A stretch of DNA of 64,000 bases from Negaprion brevirostris (Eukaryota), in the NCBI GenBank assembly GCA_030324005.1, contig JARDVH010000121.1, positions 9,546,670 to 9,610,669 on the forward strand. Reading direction: 5' to 3'. Position 1 is the first letter of the stretch. Each line of letters starts with the position of its first letter. Positions 1-13,109 of the stretch are shown piece after piece. Position numbers and translations under genes: made by a program. The notes under the pieces are model-generated. The model was given only the letters and a program-made list of their open reading frames with translations. It had not been told where the DNA came from and did not search any database.

Positions 1-179
1 CATCAGTACTTGTCCTTGGCAATTGTCCGCTGTTTAACTTCTATATCAGTCAAAATATACACTTCCCCTACATTTAACTGGTGTGCAAGCTTTGGGCGTG
101 AGTGTTTGAGGGTATGAGTTGTGTCATTTTAAAACAGTTCACTTGTTCAAATACGTAATCTTTCGTTTTGTTCAAAGGA

Positions 180-490
180 TCACAGTGTCTTAGATCCCTG
201 CAGTGCCAAAGTATGCCCATCCGTCCTTAGAACTACACATAAAAAAAAATCCATACAGAGCCCATCCCCGTGAACCTGAATATTTACCACACCAATCTGC
301 CTGGCATTACGCGGCAATTTTGCATGACCAATGAATATAACCAGCACGCATTTGGAGTGTGGCGAAAACCGAGCACTCGAAGGATAACTACACATGGGAA
401 GAATGTGAAAACTACAGACAGAGGCTGGAACTCATTCTGTGTCTTTGTCACTTTTTTTTTTTCTGGAGCAGCACACTTTCGGACGTTGGA
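180..490 (-). mobile_element. Decayed HE1-like V-SINE
   Basis: The minus strand reads ...ctgtctgtagttttcacattcttcccatgtgt...gtgctcggttttcgccacactccaaatgcgtgctggtt...ttggtcatgcaaaattgcc...ggcactgcagggatcta. This follows the HE1 core and tail order. Confidence 0.6.
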
Positions 491-1149
491 AATCATTTTA
501 ATGCACGTCTGCCATGTTTCTAACATATAAATGATCCATTGTTTCAAAAGCATCACCATCCTGAATCCGCAGATTTCAACCAATGATTAGCACTGACATG
601 AAAAATTAGCCTTACAGTTGCAGCGAAAACACGCAATGCGAATTTTCTCTCAAAAGGAGTTGTGACTTGAGAAGTTCGTGGCAGATAGTCGACAATTCTG
701 TGACATTTTTCCAAGCAATGAAGGCAATATGCATTCAAAAAATGGACATCTGGTGCTGAAGAGGAAGCCAGATTCACTTCTCATTCGGCATTATGTTTCA
801 GCCATTCTAAAGTCAGTATTCTTTTTTTTTGAATGAGCTGTGTGCTCCATATCAATAATATTAGCCGCACATGCAAATATTTATCGTCTTGACGCCTTCA
901 CAAATGCATCCACTTAGTTTTGCAAATTGTGATTAACGATTAAATGGAACCCCGTAGGAACACGATCCTGATAGACAGCATTGAGCAGAAAGTGAACTGG
1001 ATTAGCGTGGGAAAAGGCATATCATTTCAAAAGCCTACATTGATAGCTCAGCTCACGGTTCCTGAAAATCTATACACCATGTTCAAGTCATATGCCGGGA
1101 ACGTTATTCATTCTATGCAACATGCTAAGATTAGTGTAAATCCAACATC

Positions 1150-1530
1150 GCTCAAGGAACTTCACACAGCTACTGTCAAGGAACATGTCTTATTCGCAAT
1201 CATCTACATGCACTCAATCCCACGATCACTGTGACATTGTGCGCCATCCATAGGATGCAACAACTTAACTTCGGAAACGTCCATAGACTAACAGTTGGAA
1301 AGATAAGGACAACAACCTTTGGAACACTGCCACATCAATGTTCACCCCTAAGTCACACACTGTCAGCAATATGAATGATCCTCGTTGAAGAAACTATTGA
1401 TGCACCTAAAAAACGTGGGCTGCAATGGTTCAGAAGACAGACATACACAGAATCCTAGACACCAATGGGGGGTGGGCGTTGAGTGCTGGCATAGGCAGCG
1501 ATGCCCACATCGCGAGAATAAGTGAGGCAA
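1150..1530 (+). mobile_element. LINE 3' tail fragment (same family as 15835-16310 and 62895-63305)
   Basis: Ends in ...gtgctggcataggcagcgatgcccacatcgcgagaataa and has the internal motifs ggaacactgccac and aagtcacacac. Similar motifs occur in the two other copies in this window. Confidence 0.55.
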
Positions 1531-1649
1531 CGATCTGGCAATTATTGTTTACTGCCGCTTTCACATCAGACAAGTACGACAGTGTATCTGTCAACTAATC
1601 AGAAATAAAAAGAAATAATATCAGTCGTCACGCAATGCATTACTTATTT

Positions 1650-4050
1650 ACTGGGACGCCTGCTACAGCAGCGGCTCGGGTGGTGAGCAATCTGTTGGAT
1701 GTGTCCGAAATGGCTTTTCGATATGGTATGCCGTCATTCCAATCAAGGAAGGGACCAAACTATTAGCGATGTTTTTGGAATGATCTGGGCCAGGTCATCG
1801 GTATTTAAGTTTGGGAGTATAGTGGAATGAACGACCATTGTTCCACAAGATTTTATGTAGCTATCTGTATGAAGTGGCCCCATGGTGAGTGTGACTAGTT
1901 GTGTGAGGGCCTAATACATCCACATTGGACAGGAACTGGCGGATGTAGATTGATAGCGTATATTTGATGGCAAACCCACGTCTGGTGTCTGGGAGGCTTT
2001 TAAAGTCTAGATGAGTGAAGTACAGGACATGCATATCCCTGTGAAAAAATAATGAGAATGACCGGGCTCGCGAACAACGGATGACAAGGAAATTTGCAAA
2101 CATTATCAAAAGGGGAAGAAAAGAAGCAAAGTTAAGTCTAAAATGTAAAGCTGGCGAAACCCCTGAGGAATACAGCGAAAGTGGGACGAAAATTAATCGT
2201 AGAATTCGGAGGGCTCAAATGGGCGAACAAATGTATTTTGCTATCAAGATCAAGGAGAATCCCAATGATTTGTATGCATATAACATAAGCAAACTCGGCA
2301 GCATGAGTTTAAGTAGCCCAATCAAAGATGTGGAAGGAAATCGCGTGTGGAGCCACAAGAATTGACTAAAAATCTGAATGAGTACTTTGCATTCGCATTC
2401 AACGAGCACATGTACATGGCGGTTGTTGCGGTGAGAAAATGGTGTGTGAACGCTTTAGAAAATGTCAATGTGTAGACATGTTGTGTATCCTGGTTACTAC
2501 GGAAGGAAATAGAATAAATAGTTTGGGTCCTGACAGATATCTCGTATTCTCTTTGACCATGGGAGTCTTTCCAGAGGACTGGAACTTCCACAATTATGTT
2601 CCCTTGTTTAAGATGGGAAGCGATGATAATCCAGGAAATATAGGTCGATGGTCCTCAGTTCTGTCTTGGGAAATCTTTTGAAAAAAAAATAGTGAGGGAA
2701 GAGATATGTGCACGCTTGTAAGAAAATGGCATATGGACACGCAGAATGGATTTGAACGGGGAATGCCACGTCTCACTAACTCTATTGAGTTTCTGAAGAG
2801 GCGAGAAATTTAATTGATGATGGACTTGCTATGGATGTATTTTATCTGGATTTCAATACGATGGTTGACAAGGCCCCACTTTGCAGACAGGTGGAAACAC
2901 TAAAATTTCATGGAATTAGGTGGGAGATTGGGTGGGAATGGTGCGTGGCCTGCTGGATGGATAAGGAACTGGCTCAGTTGAAAAAAAGAACAGATAGCAA
3001 CGTTAGAAGGATTTTTTTTTTCTCTGAATTGATGTCTGCGACTTGTGCTGTTGAAAAGTGATCAGTGTTGAACACTCTATTGTCTGTGATGTGTAAATAA
3101 ATGGCATGCAGGAACATTTGGGTGTTCTTTTTCGTCAGGTTGCTGATGACACTACTATTGATTGAATTGCCGATCGTCCACGGATTGCCAGAAGATAAAA
3201 TAGGATCGAGATACATTCTAGATTTGGACACGGGAACAACAGACTTTTTACTTATCCCCACAAATGTATGGTGATGCATTTTGGAAGATCAAATTTAGGT
3301 GTGAATTGTACTGTAAAGGCCAAAACAGCTTGGAATGTGAACATACAGAGTGGGTTGGGTGTGCCGGTCAACAGTTCCCTGAACGTGACAACACAGGTAG
3401 CAAAGATGATTGCATTGCATATGGAATGCTCGTGTTTACCGGCCATGGCATTGAGTACATTGTAGGCAAAACATGTTGAGGCTATAAAAAAAAGGTTAGG
3501 CCGCATATGGAGTATTGGGTTCAGTTCTGCTCTTCATACAAGCAAAAACAAGTGGAATTTTTGGCGAGAGTGCAAGCGGGTTCAGCTGGATGTAGTCTGG
3601 CTTCGAGGACATCGGCAATGAGGTGTGATTGAGAAAATTGGTTTGCTTTCTCAGGAAAGATGGAGGATGAAGAGAGACTCAACAGTGGTTTATGGAAGGT
3701 GTCGACTTACGGGATAGATAAAGATTGTTTTTTTTCTCTCTGGGAGTTAAGTGTCAATTAGGAGGGAACATATGCTCCAAATAAGCGGTGGGGATGTTCA
3801 GGGGTGTATTTTTTTCTTCTCGGAGAAACTGTTGGTTGCAAGGAACGCGTTCTGAGAGTAGGTGGTGGGACAGGGACATTAACAACAGTTAAGTGACATT
3901 TAGATTCGTACACGAATAGGGACAGAAGATCAGAATACGGGTAGAGTAAGGACAAATATATATCAGTTTAGTTAGTCCATCGTGATTGCCGCAGGTTTGG
4001 AGAGCCGAAGGGCCGAATCCTATGTTGTATTGGTCTTTGTTCTTTGTGCT
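1650..4050 (+). mobile_element. 5'-truncated, decayed CR1 LINE ORF2 (RT) and 3' tail
   Basis: Frameshifted CR1 motifs: KIKENP, VPLFKMG..DNPGN, MDVFYLDF...DK, VMHFGRSN, VRPH.EY.VQF. The tail reads ggccgaatcctatgttgtattggtctttgttcttt. Confidence 0.85.
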
Positions 4051-4361
4051 TTGTAAAGTGGGAGGAATAAGTATTCAATGTATTTTCCATGTATACGCTT
4101 TAATATTATAATGATTAAATCAATTTACAGTGAAAATGTCCATGAGAGAAGAAAAACTGAGAAAATAGTATGGAATGTGTCCAAAAGAAAAGTAGCAGCG
4201 AATATCCATATCTTTGTCATGCATGTAACGATTTAGATATTGGTAAAGGGTGGATTTACACCGAATTAGGACATAGAGTTTATTTGTTCATCGCAGTGTT
4301 TGACATTAGTTAGACAGTAGACCAAGCACTTTCTCAGTGATTTTGCAAAATACATTATATC

Positions 4362-4398
<37 letters not shown>
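4362..4398. repeat. (TA)n(GA)n microsatellite
   Basis: Directly visible. Confidence 0.95.
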
Positions 4399-4594
4399 GC
4401 GTCGTTTTAAATGTTAAGCGTGTTTAATTTCGACACGCATAAAGGATTCCATAGGTGTCTGATGTTAAATGTCAAGGCAGATCATGTCAGGGTAACGTAC
4501 ACCCAACTATTCAAAACGGGGCACGTAATTTCATGGGTTTTGCTCACTGTATCTACGGTTAATGTTAAATGTGCATTTTTAATTAATCATAAAT

Positions 4595-4735
4595 AAGGTT
4601 TACATTAACAATGAAATGAAGTTAGTGTGAAATTTCCCTAGTCGCCACACTGTGGATCCTGTTCGTGTCAATGCACTTAACAAGCACGCCTTTCAGAATG
4701 TGGGAGGAAAGCGGAGCAACCGGAGAAAACACGTT
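4595..4735 (-). mobile_element. V-SINE 3' fragment
   Basis: The plus strand shows tgtgggaggaaagcggagcaaccggagaaaacacg, the reverse of the V-SINE core, preceded by a SINE-type tail. Confidence 0.7.
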
Positions 4736-6359
4736 CTATTCAGACGTTCTTCGAGTAACTCATGATTTTGGGAAGTGGATGATTATAACGACTGTTCAAA
4801 TGGAAGGAAATATAAACCAGCAACAAATCGCCAGTTAGTTCAAGGGTGTTGATTAAAGCAAATGATAAAAATAAAGTTGTTGGTGGAAAAACAGCTTAAG
4901 TAGAAATGCCGAATACACTGTGCATTCTGAATCGCTTTTAAGCACATTCCTGGATTTGCAAAAAAAAAGTAATTGCAGATATTCAGGAAAAAAAAAACGG
5001 CAATCTACCGTAAGTAGGCACCCTTGGCTGTGCTTCAAACTGACCGTCCTTTACAGAGAGGTGATTTATTCCTCGTGTCACTCAATGGCAGTCCAGCTTG
5101 AACAACGGTGTTTTCACCTGCAACTGAATGTTTTTTTTTGTTGAGCCCCTCATCTCACTCAGTGAGGAAGCTTTTTTGCATGAACCCCACAGGGAGATAA
5201 AACAATGAGTGCCCGTGGACCTTATGGCCATCATCAGATCCTTGTCCCGTTATATCCGTGAATCTTCCAGCAAATGGAACATTCAGCGGCTTAGAATTCA
5301 GCCTTACACCCGTAGAATGCAAGAATGGATCAGTTCGAAGAAAAGGCAATCTTTTCTGGAGCACATGCCTTAGTTTGCCGAAGTCGTTTCCTCATCCGAT
5401 GTTATTTCTCCTGGAGGTCCAGTTTGTCAGCAACATTTTCCGAGTCTGTAAATTCACAAAGTGAAGGGGCTGACACAAAATTAAACTAGAGTTAATGGTT
5501 CACACTAGCAGCTGCCATCATCATAGCTGGTCATGCGGGCTGCTCTGTCATGATTTCCTCTCTCTGCAATGCTACAAATGGTTATATACGTCTTTAATTT
5601 GATCGTGAAAAGTTACTGGTCCCTTCATTGCCACCCCAGGGACTAAACTGGGAATGAATCCAGAGTTTCTCAAATTTGAGCTGACACCGTTGGCGAAATT
5701 CATTTCTGTACATGCAGGATCTTTTTTTAAAACTTTTCTTAAAGTCAACTGTGCAATTAGCAGGTTTAATATTGTACAAAGCCGTAGGCCCATCACCCGC
5801 TTTGAAGGTGTGAAATCTGCTACTGCATGCGGTGTTGTCCCATAATCGAAGAGAAATCATGCCAAGTTGGTCGCCATGGATGCCAGCAGTTTTCCGTCAT
5901 GTGCTTCTGCCTGTAACCGTAACGGTGGGAGATAACGTGCAGTTTGAACGTGCTTCAGGTCAATGGCGACCACAACATTCTGGAAATTGCCGCTAGTAAC
6001 AACAGTGTCATAAGCATAAACACCTAATTCCACATGTCATGTTCACTGAAGATTTAGTTTAATTTCCGGAGCATAGCCTGAGTCGTTGTGGACCACAAGA
6101 ACTGCTTCGCCAACCGCTTGACGTGTGCCCAATGCAATTGCATATCTGTAAGCTCGTCCTACTCACAGTCATCCATGGTCTGCCATACAAATCCTTTGTG
6201 TATGGGAGAATAAAAGAGGAATGCTTTGAATTCCCCGAAATGGAACATATCACTTCACTGTGCCAGTGATATTGCAATCAAAACCGATCTCCCAGCTGTA
6301 ACTATCATGCATCATCTTCATATTTGATACACCTGGTGTCAGTTAAGTAGTTTTGTTTA

Positions 6360-6860
6360 GGTTGGACGTCGGCCTGAGAGAGGAACAATCACTCGGGGCA
6401 TACGGCGATTCGGCATTCATAATATTGTCTGTTTTCATGTCGACCGAAGGTGAAAAAGACGGGTGGGATGGTATGCCTTATGTTAGAGAAAGTTCTATAT
6501 TTTTAAAACGCCATCCTCAAAATGCCAACGCTTGCAATAATTTTAGAGTAATCACGTCCTATCTAATGATGGTAAAGAAGCCACGCTTAAGTGCACAATA
6601 AATGGCTCAAAGTGTCAGCATTGAACATAAGTGTGTGTGCAGGGCATTGATCTACAATATTTTTGAACAAAAGCTTCAAGTCTCAGATTATATCTGGATG
6701 TGGGACATATTGGGGATCCACTTGTCCTATGTGCAAATTCCTGTTAAGTGTTGGTGTTGAGTTATAATAATCAATGACAATTTAGGTGAAGTTGACAGGT
6801 TTTTATCCGGCTCTAATTTTAAAAGCATCTTAAGTAATTGTGTGAATACGAAAAAAAGAG
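6360..6860 (+). mobile_element. CR1 endonuclease-domain remnant
   Basis: The translation ...GEKDGWDGMPYVRESS resembles the APE motif DR....GGGV..YV.E. Confidence 0.4.
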
Positions 6861-9489
6861 AAGTCGGTTCGAAATTGATTAAACGAACTGCATCGATCTA
6901 ACACCTTATATAACAAATTCATACATATAATCTTTACGGCATTTTAAAACTAATACTTCAACATCAACTTAAATGAAACTTTACCTGTTTGTCTGAAACA
7001 CTCACTTCTCCCATTGCAAACTATACCACCCGCTTCAGAACAAAATGGTCAAGCCCACTCCCTTGTAGATCCGTTTGTTTTCATTCCTGATTCGTTCATC
7101 CTTCAGGGGAAATTGGAAAGTTTTGCCTGTGGTCGTCGCTGAAGACAAAGGGTTGAAAATAAAAATCCCCAAACTGTCCCAATTTCATAACGTCATATCT
7201 CTCAAGGTGTTCGGTCGCGATTTTCCACCAGGGCTGAAACTCGTTGATAGCTCATGATTTCGTAACTTTTGTATCGTTTAGTTTTATCATGCTGAAGCTA
7301 ATGGTTCAGCATTCTTTTAACTATTGCACGCCTTGATTTTCTTTTGTGTGTGACTACTTCAGTGTTGTTAACGTGGCAGAAGCAATGCATGAGCTGTGTA
7401 TATTTGGCTCAATCGTAAACACTACAGTCTCAGTATTCGATTTTACTGAATATTTGCATCATTCCTTTCTGTTACCAGAGTCTTGTCCAGGGGTTGTCCT
7501 TAGAGACAGATTGATACACAAATTTCCCTCATCCCCAAGTGGCAATTCAGTGAAAAGTCCGATTTCTGCGACCAAAAAACACTTCACTTTACACCAAAAA
7601 GCAGGGAAGAGCCTGTAACTTGCGTGTAGATAGGATATACCTGCGGACGCCCATCAGCCATTGTTCAGCAGCAGGTTGCACACCACCACTGAACAATTCT
7701 CATGAAGCAAACTTTTGACCACCCAATTCGGAAGCTGGGACTTCACGAAATCCCCGAGATTGATATCTTGATGATGCCGCTTGGTCTTCCTGGCAACCAG
7801 AACATATATAAAACAGTATTAATGAGAGTTATCATCCCCATGTGGTGTAAGTAGTTATCCAAACATTTGCTTGATATTATACTCTGCGAAGGAACTGTGA
7901 ACTTAATGAATCATCACGGAAGAAAAGGAATAACGACCTATTAGACACAGGCTTTTCTGATTGATCGGAGATTACTCAAGAACAGATGTAACATTTCAGA
8001 GGGATGCCAGAATTATTGATATGTATGTACACAGGGCCTGATATTGGGGAAATTTTTCTTTCGTCCCATAGGCTATTGTGCTCGGTAATGTTGCGTAGTT
8101 TACTCGGTCGACGTGCAAATATGACGAGAAACAATACATGTGTTGAAATACAGGAAGATGCCTTCGAAAATCAAAAACATAAATGGAGGATGGATTTTAA
8201 GGGAAGTTGAGAAATTGTGTTCAATGCAAATAAGAATTAAGTAATTCCCTTTGAAACGGATAGGTGCACGGTGAACACAAATGATGTACACTATTTTGAA
8301 AAGCGTAGGTGCAGGATAACATTGGTCTTTACTTGCGAGTTGGAGATGCCATGTCAGATTCATAGTCCAAAATTTAGCTGATTGTTTTTCTTCTTTTTGC
8401 TCAATATCGTAGTTGCATATGGGTGCTGTAACGTTCTTCTGTTCTCTATAAATGCACATGACACATATCTGAGGCAGAAAACTTAGCTTACCACGTGTTA
8501 CTCTGCATTGACCAATGGAAGCATTTGACGATGAGGGTTTTATCAGAACGTTGCAAACCACAGGGGGAAACCATTGGAAGTACACACAGTTGTAGGTGAG
8601 GACTTGTGAACAGGGTAATGTTCGAAATTCCACAGAAAATTAAAAAGGGAACTTGAATTGGAAATAGAGAGAAATAATTATAATTACACAAAAAAAGATA
8701 TATAATAATGATGATGGTGATTCAACTTATTCGTTTTCGGTAACTTGCAGAAAAAAAATATTTCCATGCCCTGGACAATATCGGTGTGTGAATATAATTG
8801 TGGACCTAACCTCTTGAATGCTGCATAGCATAGAGCGGCGTTCTGAATGAGATTATATGTTCAGCTGGGCCAAGAATAACCAACGGCTTACTAATTTCTT
8901 CGTCCAACATATTCTAAAATTTGCTTGGGTCGTTGCATATAGTTTGTGGGGTTTTCAATTTTAATCTCTATTGAAATACTATTGCCTTTCACATTGTTCT
9001 GATTGAGTTCAAGTGAAAGTAAAGGCGTACTGATATTTATGCCGATGGATCGGTTGTTGTTTTCGTTTTTAAATTAGCTGAGGAAAGCTAACATCCCCTC
9101 AAAACATGTGTGCGTTTTCAAAACTGCTGTGTACCTCGCAACAGAAAAAGCGTTTAAGAGTTGCCAAAATGGTAAGGCAAATGCACTTACAGGCTGATAT
9201 GAATTATTGTTTGACCTCCAACAGGAGATTAATTGCAAATTAAAGGATGTTCAAGATCACTTGCCCTTGCCTCATTTCCATGTTCTATCCATTGTGTGGA
9301 TTTGATCCCCTCCAATAGTCGGTGCTAATTCACTCTGTCAGTTGCTACTGGGTCTCCATCAGCAGAACGACATTTTTTTTTACCACAATNNNNNNNNNNN
9401 NNNNNNNNNNNNNNNNNNNNNNNNNNNNNNNNNNNNNNNNNNNNNNNNNNNNNNNNNNNNNNNNNNNNNNNNNNNNNNNNNNNNNNNNN

Positions 9490-9860
9490 GTGGGGTTTCG
9501 TGGGGGGTGATTGTCATGAGTCTGTTTGAAATTGGAAAGACAAAAATACTTGAGATTAGAAGATATAACTCTCCCCTTCGGCTGACACTTTCTTTTCATG
9601 TTAGAGAAAAGAAAACTGTGGTGTGATCAAATGGATGTGTCCTAAATTGGGAGGTACAAAGATATTGCAATTAACAAGATACATTGCCCATCTGTATGGT
9701 CGCCAATAGGCACTGATTTCAGTAAACTGGCAGGAAGTTGTGAATAATTTGAAAAAAAGAAGTTTTATTTCATCCAGGAAGTGTTGAGAGTCCGGAACTC
9801 ATTGTCTGGAAGGATGTGGAGGCCAACACCCTCACAACGGTTCAGAAATCTCTCGATCAG
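9490..9860 (+). mobile_element. CR1 ORF2 C-terminal fragment
   Basis: It carries RGDLIEV- and FF.QRVV..WNSL-like coding (ttttatttcatccaggaagtgttgagagtccggaactcattgtctgg). Confidence 0.55.
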
Positions 9861-11199
9861 CTGAGCATTTAAGGACTTTCTTTTAGCCGATCTTCTACCC
9901 AATTACTAAGCAACAAATGAAAATAATTTGCTCTTCGACACTACCTTTTCAAAGTTAACATCAAAAGTAAACCAAATAGTGCCACAAACATTTATATTTG
10001 AACTGCGTGAAAATAAAATCACTGGAAGCAAAGATCGTCTCAGCGAATCTCCAGCCTTATCATTGGACTCCCAATAATTTTAACACGTGGATTATCAATT
10101 GGTACGCACAGAATTGTTCCTGATAACTTTAGTGTTTTAAGTAGAATATGTATAACGTTTGCAAACTGCTTTTTGAGTGTTCTGAAAAACGGTGCTATAT
10201 TTCAGTATCCGTTTAAGCACAATCTGACAGTATCTTACGTTTGAATGAGAATCTTCTCTGAAATCGCAGATTGTTGTTCCTTTATGGGCAGACAGTTTCC
10301 TCCATTTATGACCACACATTTTTAAATATTAGGAGCCAAATTGAGGGTTTAACATTGTTGGTATTAATACGTTTCCTTCTCTTCAGTTGTGTCCAGTGAG
10401 TTTGAACAACAGTTTTGTCTTCGACTGTCGCAGTACGACATCCATCATTTTGCATGGCTGCTGTAGTTCTCCTTCCTCCAAATGGCTACGGTTGTCTTCT
10501 CCGACTGGATTTCGACTGCTTTTGTGGCAAGTAACTTCATTGAAATATGAAAACATACATGCGAACTGCACACGGCAGTTTTTCCAAATTTCAACAGAGA
10601 ATGTTGGCTCAAAGTCAGGCTGAAACTTCGTCAATAGGATTGAATTTGGAGGCCAATGCAGGAAATATTGTCCTACTGCAGGTTTCATTATATTGACAGT
10701 AATTCGTAAATCCTGAATCTGTGAGTATTTATGCTTCAAACTGTCTACCTCGTTGGTGCTGTGTTCCTCCAGGTTGTAAGTTCCTGTATGGAAATCCTTC
10801 AACGTATCAAACATTGTTCAATTGGAGCGACGATACGCCTAATTAATATATCAAAATGGAATACGCTTTCGTTCAGGAGGGCAACATTTGTTCTAATCTG
10901 CATGTTGCTCTCCTAAAGGTGTTTTGCATTTCAGATAAGAAAAATGATTTATTCGCATCATCAGTTTGTAATCTGGTTATTTGAATAATGGCAAAACAGC
11001 CTTTGATGTTTCAAATATGTTGGCATTTTCACAGTAGTAATAGATGAAAATGCAACTGATGGGGACTGGAAGGTGAAAAAAAAGTTGATGCGAAATTAAA
11101 TTGAGATAAATTCAAGAAGAAAGCACAATGAGGGATAATCCGCAAACAATTAATGTTCATCAGTGTGTGTAACTTCCAAAAAAATAAATCAGGTAAAGA

Positions 11200-12300
11200 T
11201 TTGTGATATCCTGGGTTGATGTGCGAGACGAAAATACAGGCAGTCTGATCTCTGCTCTGTTGCTTAGCTGGTTACAGGTGAGATATGGAAAAATCGAAAA
11301 TAGCGAGCATGTCTTCACTTATTAACAATGTGCTGAATATAAACCAGACCATTCCGTACCAGTAAATCTCAGATTCAGTGGTAGAGGAACTGTTGTACAG
11401 CAGCACGAACAAGAAAATCAATCTTCACCTGGAAAGGCAAAAGGTGATCAGTCATTGCCTGACTGCAGTGGTCAGAGGAATGCAATGCCAACCACATCTG
11501 ATTGAATTTACCGATGAGATTGATTGGCTGGGCATGTACGCGTGATGCAGCAAATGTAAATAATACAGATATCAGTAAAGCCTTTCACACGTTGCAACAT
11601 GCAGGACTGATCAAAACGGTATAAGCTAATCAGATTCAAGGAGAAGGGAAAGTTGGATCAAAATGCATTTCAGTCGTAGGAGAAAGATAATGATAATAGA
11701 AGCCTACTTCTTCGCTGGAGTCCAGTGTTTCGTGGTATACACATCCATCCAGACGAGCTTTCAGGAAAATATCTAACGTTTTGTTCAAGTAAGTGTCAGC
11801 TGGAATTTAATCCTGAAATTTACGAGCCGATGGAATTTGTAATGAGTTACAAGAAAAAAAAGTAGTAGTAAACAAATGGTGCGACACTGAGGTGCTCAGA
11901 AGAACAGAATAGGCGTTTATGTGATTATGGAAAGACCACTAAAGAATGCTGCGTTTGTTCATCTGTTAGCTGAGACGGCAAATAGATCACCCCCATTCAT
12001 CAGCCGTGACATAGGTTATAAGAACAGGGGTATTAAGTTAGTTTTCTTGAAAACTGTCGTTCTGGTAGAGCAGAGATATTGAGTTTGACGTTGTTCACCT
12101 CAGTGTAGTCGACATTTGAATGCACTATATTCCGCAGATAGAGGATTTATCTGAATGCTGACTGAGAGCGAAGCAGAGAGCCTGGATCGTACCTGTTTGT
12201 TTTTAATTGAATACAAAATGCTCAGTGGCACCGTGATTGAAGTGCGTAGAATTATCAACGGCTTAGATATGTTCAACACAAAGGACAGAGCCAGAATACC
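11200..12300 (+). mobile_element. Decayed CR1 RT fragment
   Basis: Visible motifs include KP..YRPV.L.SVV (aaaccagaccattccgtaccagtaaatctc), D.SKAF..V.H (gatatcagtaaagcctttcacacgttgcaacat) and QLEFNPE. Confidence 0.7.
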
Positions 12301-13109
12301 TCAATCTAAGTACGACTGAATATCGTAGCACTCTGAAGTTTGAAGAGACAGAATCCTGACCAAGGTGTGTAAATCTCGTTGTGGACGGCCAAAACTGATC
12401 CTGTCAATCAGTTTTATAAGCAGAAGAGAATAAAGACATTTATCTTTAGGTAATTTTATCTGGCGTGCTACCAATATATGTATTCCAAACAGTTGCCAAT
12501 GCTGCAATAATTGTGATGACTGCGAATGCATTTTCGGAAAATAACTCTCAAAATGAAAAACATACTTCATGATTTTCCTGACATGATGTGCCACAAAAAG
12601 CGATGTGTGTTTCGTACACCGTTCAATCTGGACTAGGCCCGCGAGACTGGGTCAACGTCTACCGATTTAGTCACTCGCTCCCTCTAAGCATGAAACAAAA
12701 TGATAGCCGTGTGGGCTGGCACTATATTTCTTTTTGGTGGATTTCATTGGGCTCCGTTGGCAGTTCAATCTAAACCTACCAACCCTATAACCTTGAAATG
12801 AAATGGCAGGCAAAGACAACTTTAGCTCCTGGGAGTTCGTCTCGAATGCAGTTATTAGTGGATGCGCTATTGTTTCTTCACTGCCACTGGCTGGACGTAC
12901 AGGATAGCTCTGCCTACCCACACCGTCAGTGAACTTGTGTCAGATAGCATTATTCAAGAAGCCGGCTCAAAGCTACTTTCAGAAGTGTACTGAGGAAGTG
13001 TGTAGAATTTTGGCCACACCAGAAATCCCGATCGCATGGGATAAAAATAATTGCAATAAAAATAAAAAATACGTATTCGCCAATAGCTCTTCATTGTAAA
13101 TGGATTTGG

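Larger units (their letters stand above)
5402..10620 (-). pseudogene. Decayed PILR/Siglec-like V-set receptor gene (V, stalk, TM and two cytoplasmic exons)
   Basis: Putative exons with AG/GT ends: V about 10239-10620 (FACMFSY...VAIWRKE...LFKLTG...W..LS.HKGT, frameshifted); 8492-8602 (111 nt, open, phase 1-1); TM 6985-7138 (IYKGVGLTILF/AGGIVC, frameshift); 6167-6193 (27 nt); terminal 5402-5445. The spliced tail reads FVWQTMDDYSENVADKLDLQEK*. Confidence 0.4.

Noticed and set aside
553-800. CLHCLEKC motif as a RING or zinc finger
   Set aside because: The remaining Cys/His ligands are absent and there is no exon context.
7641-7789. AG/GT-bounded candidate exon inside the first gene
   Set aside because: All three frames contain stops and there is no recognisable motif.
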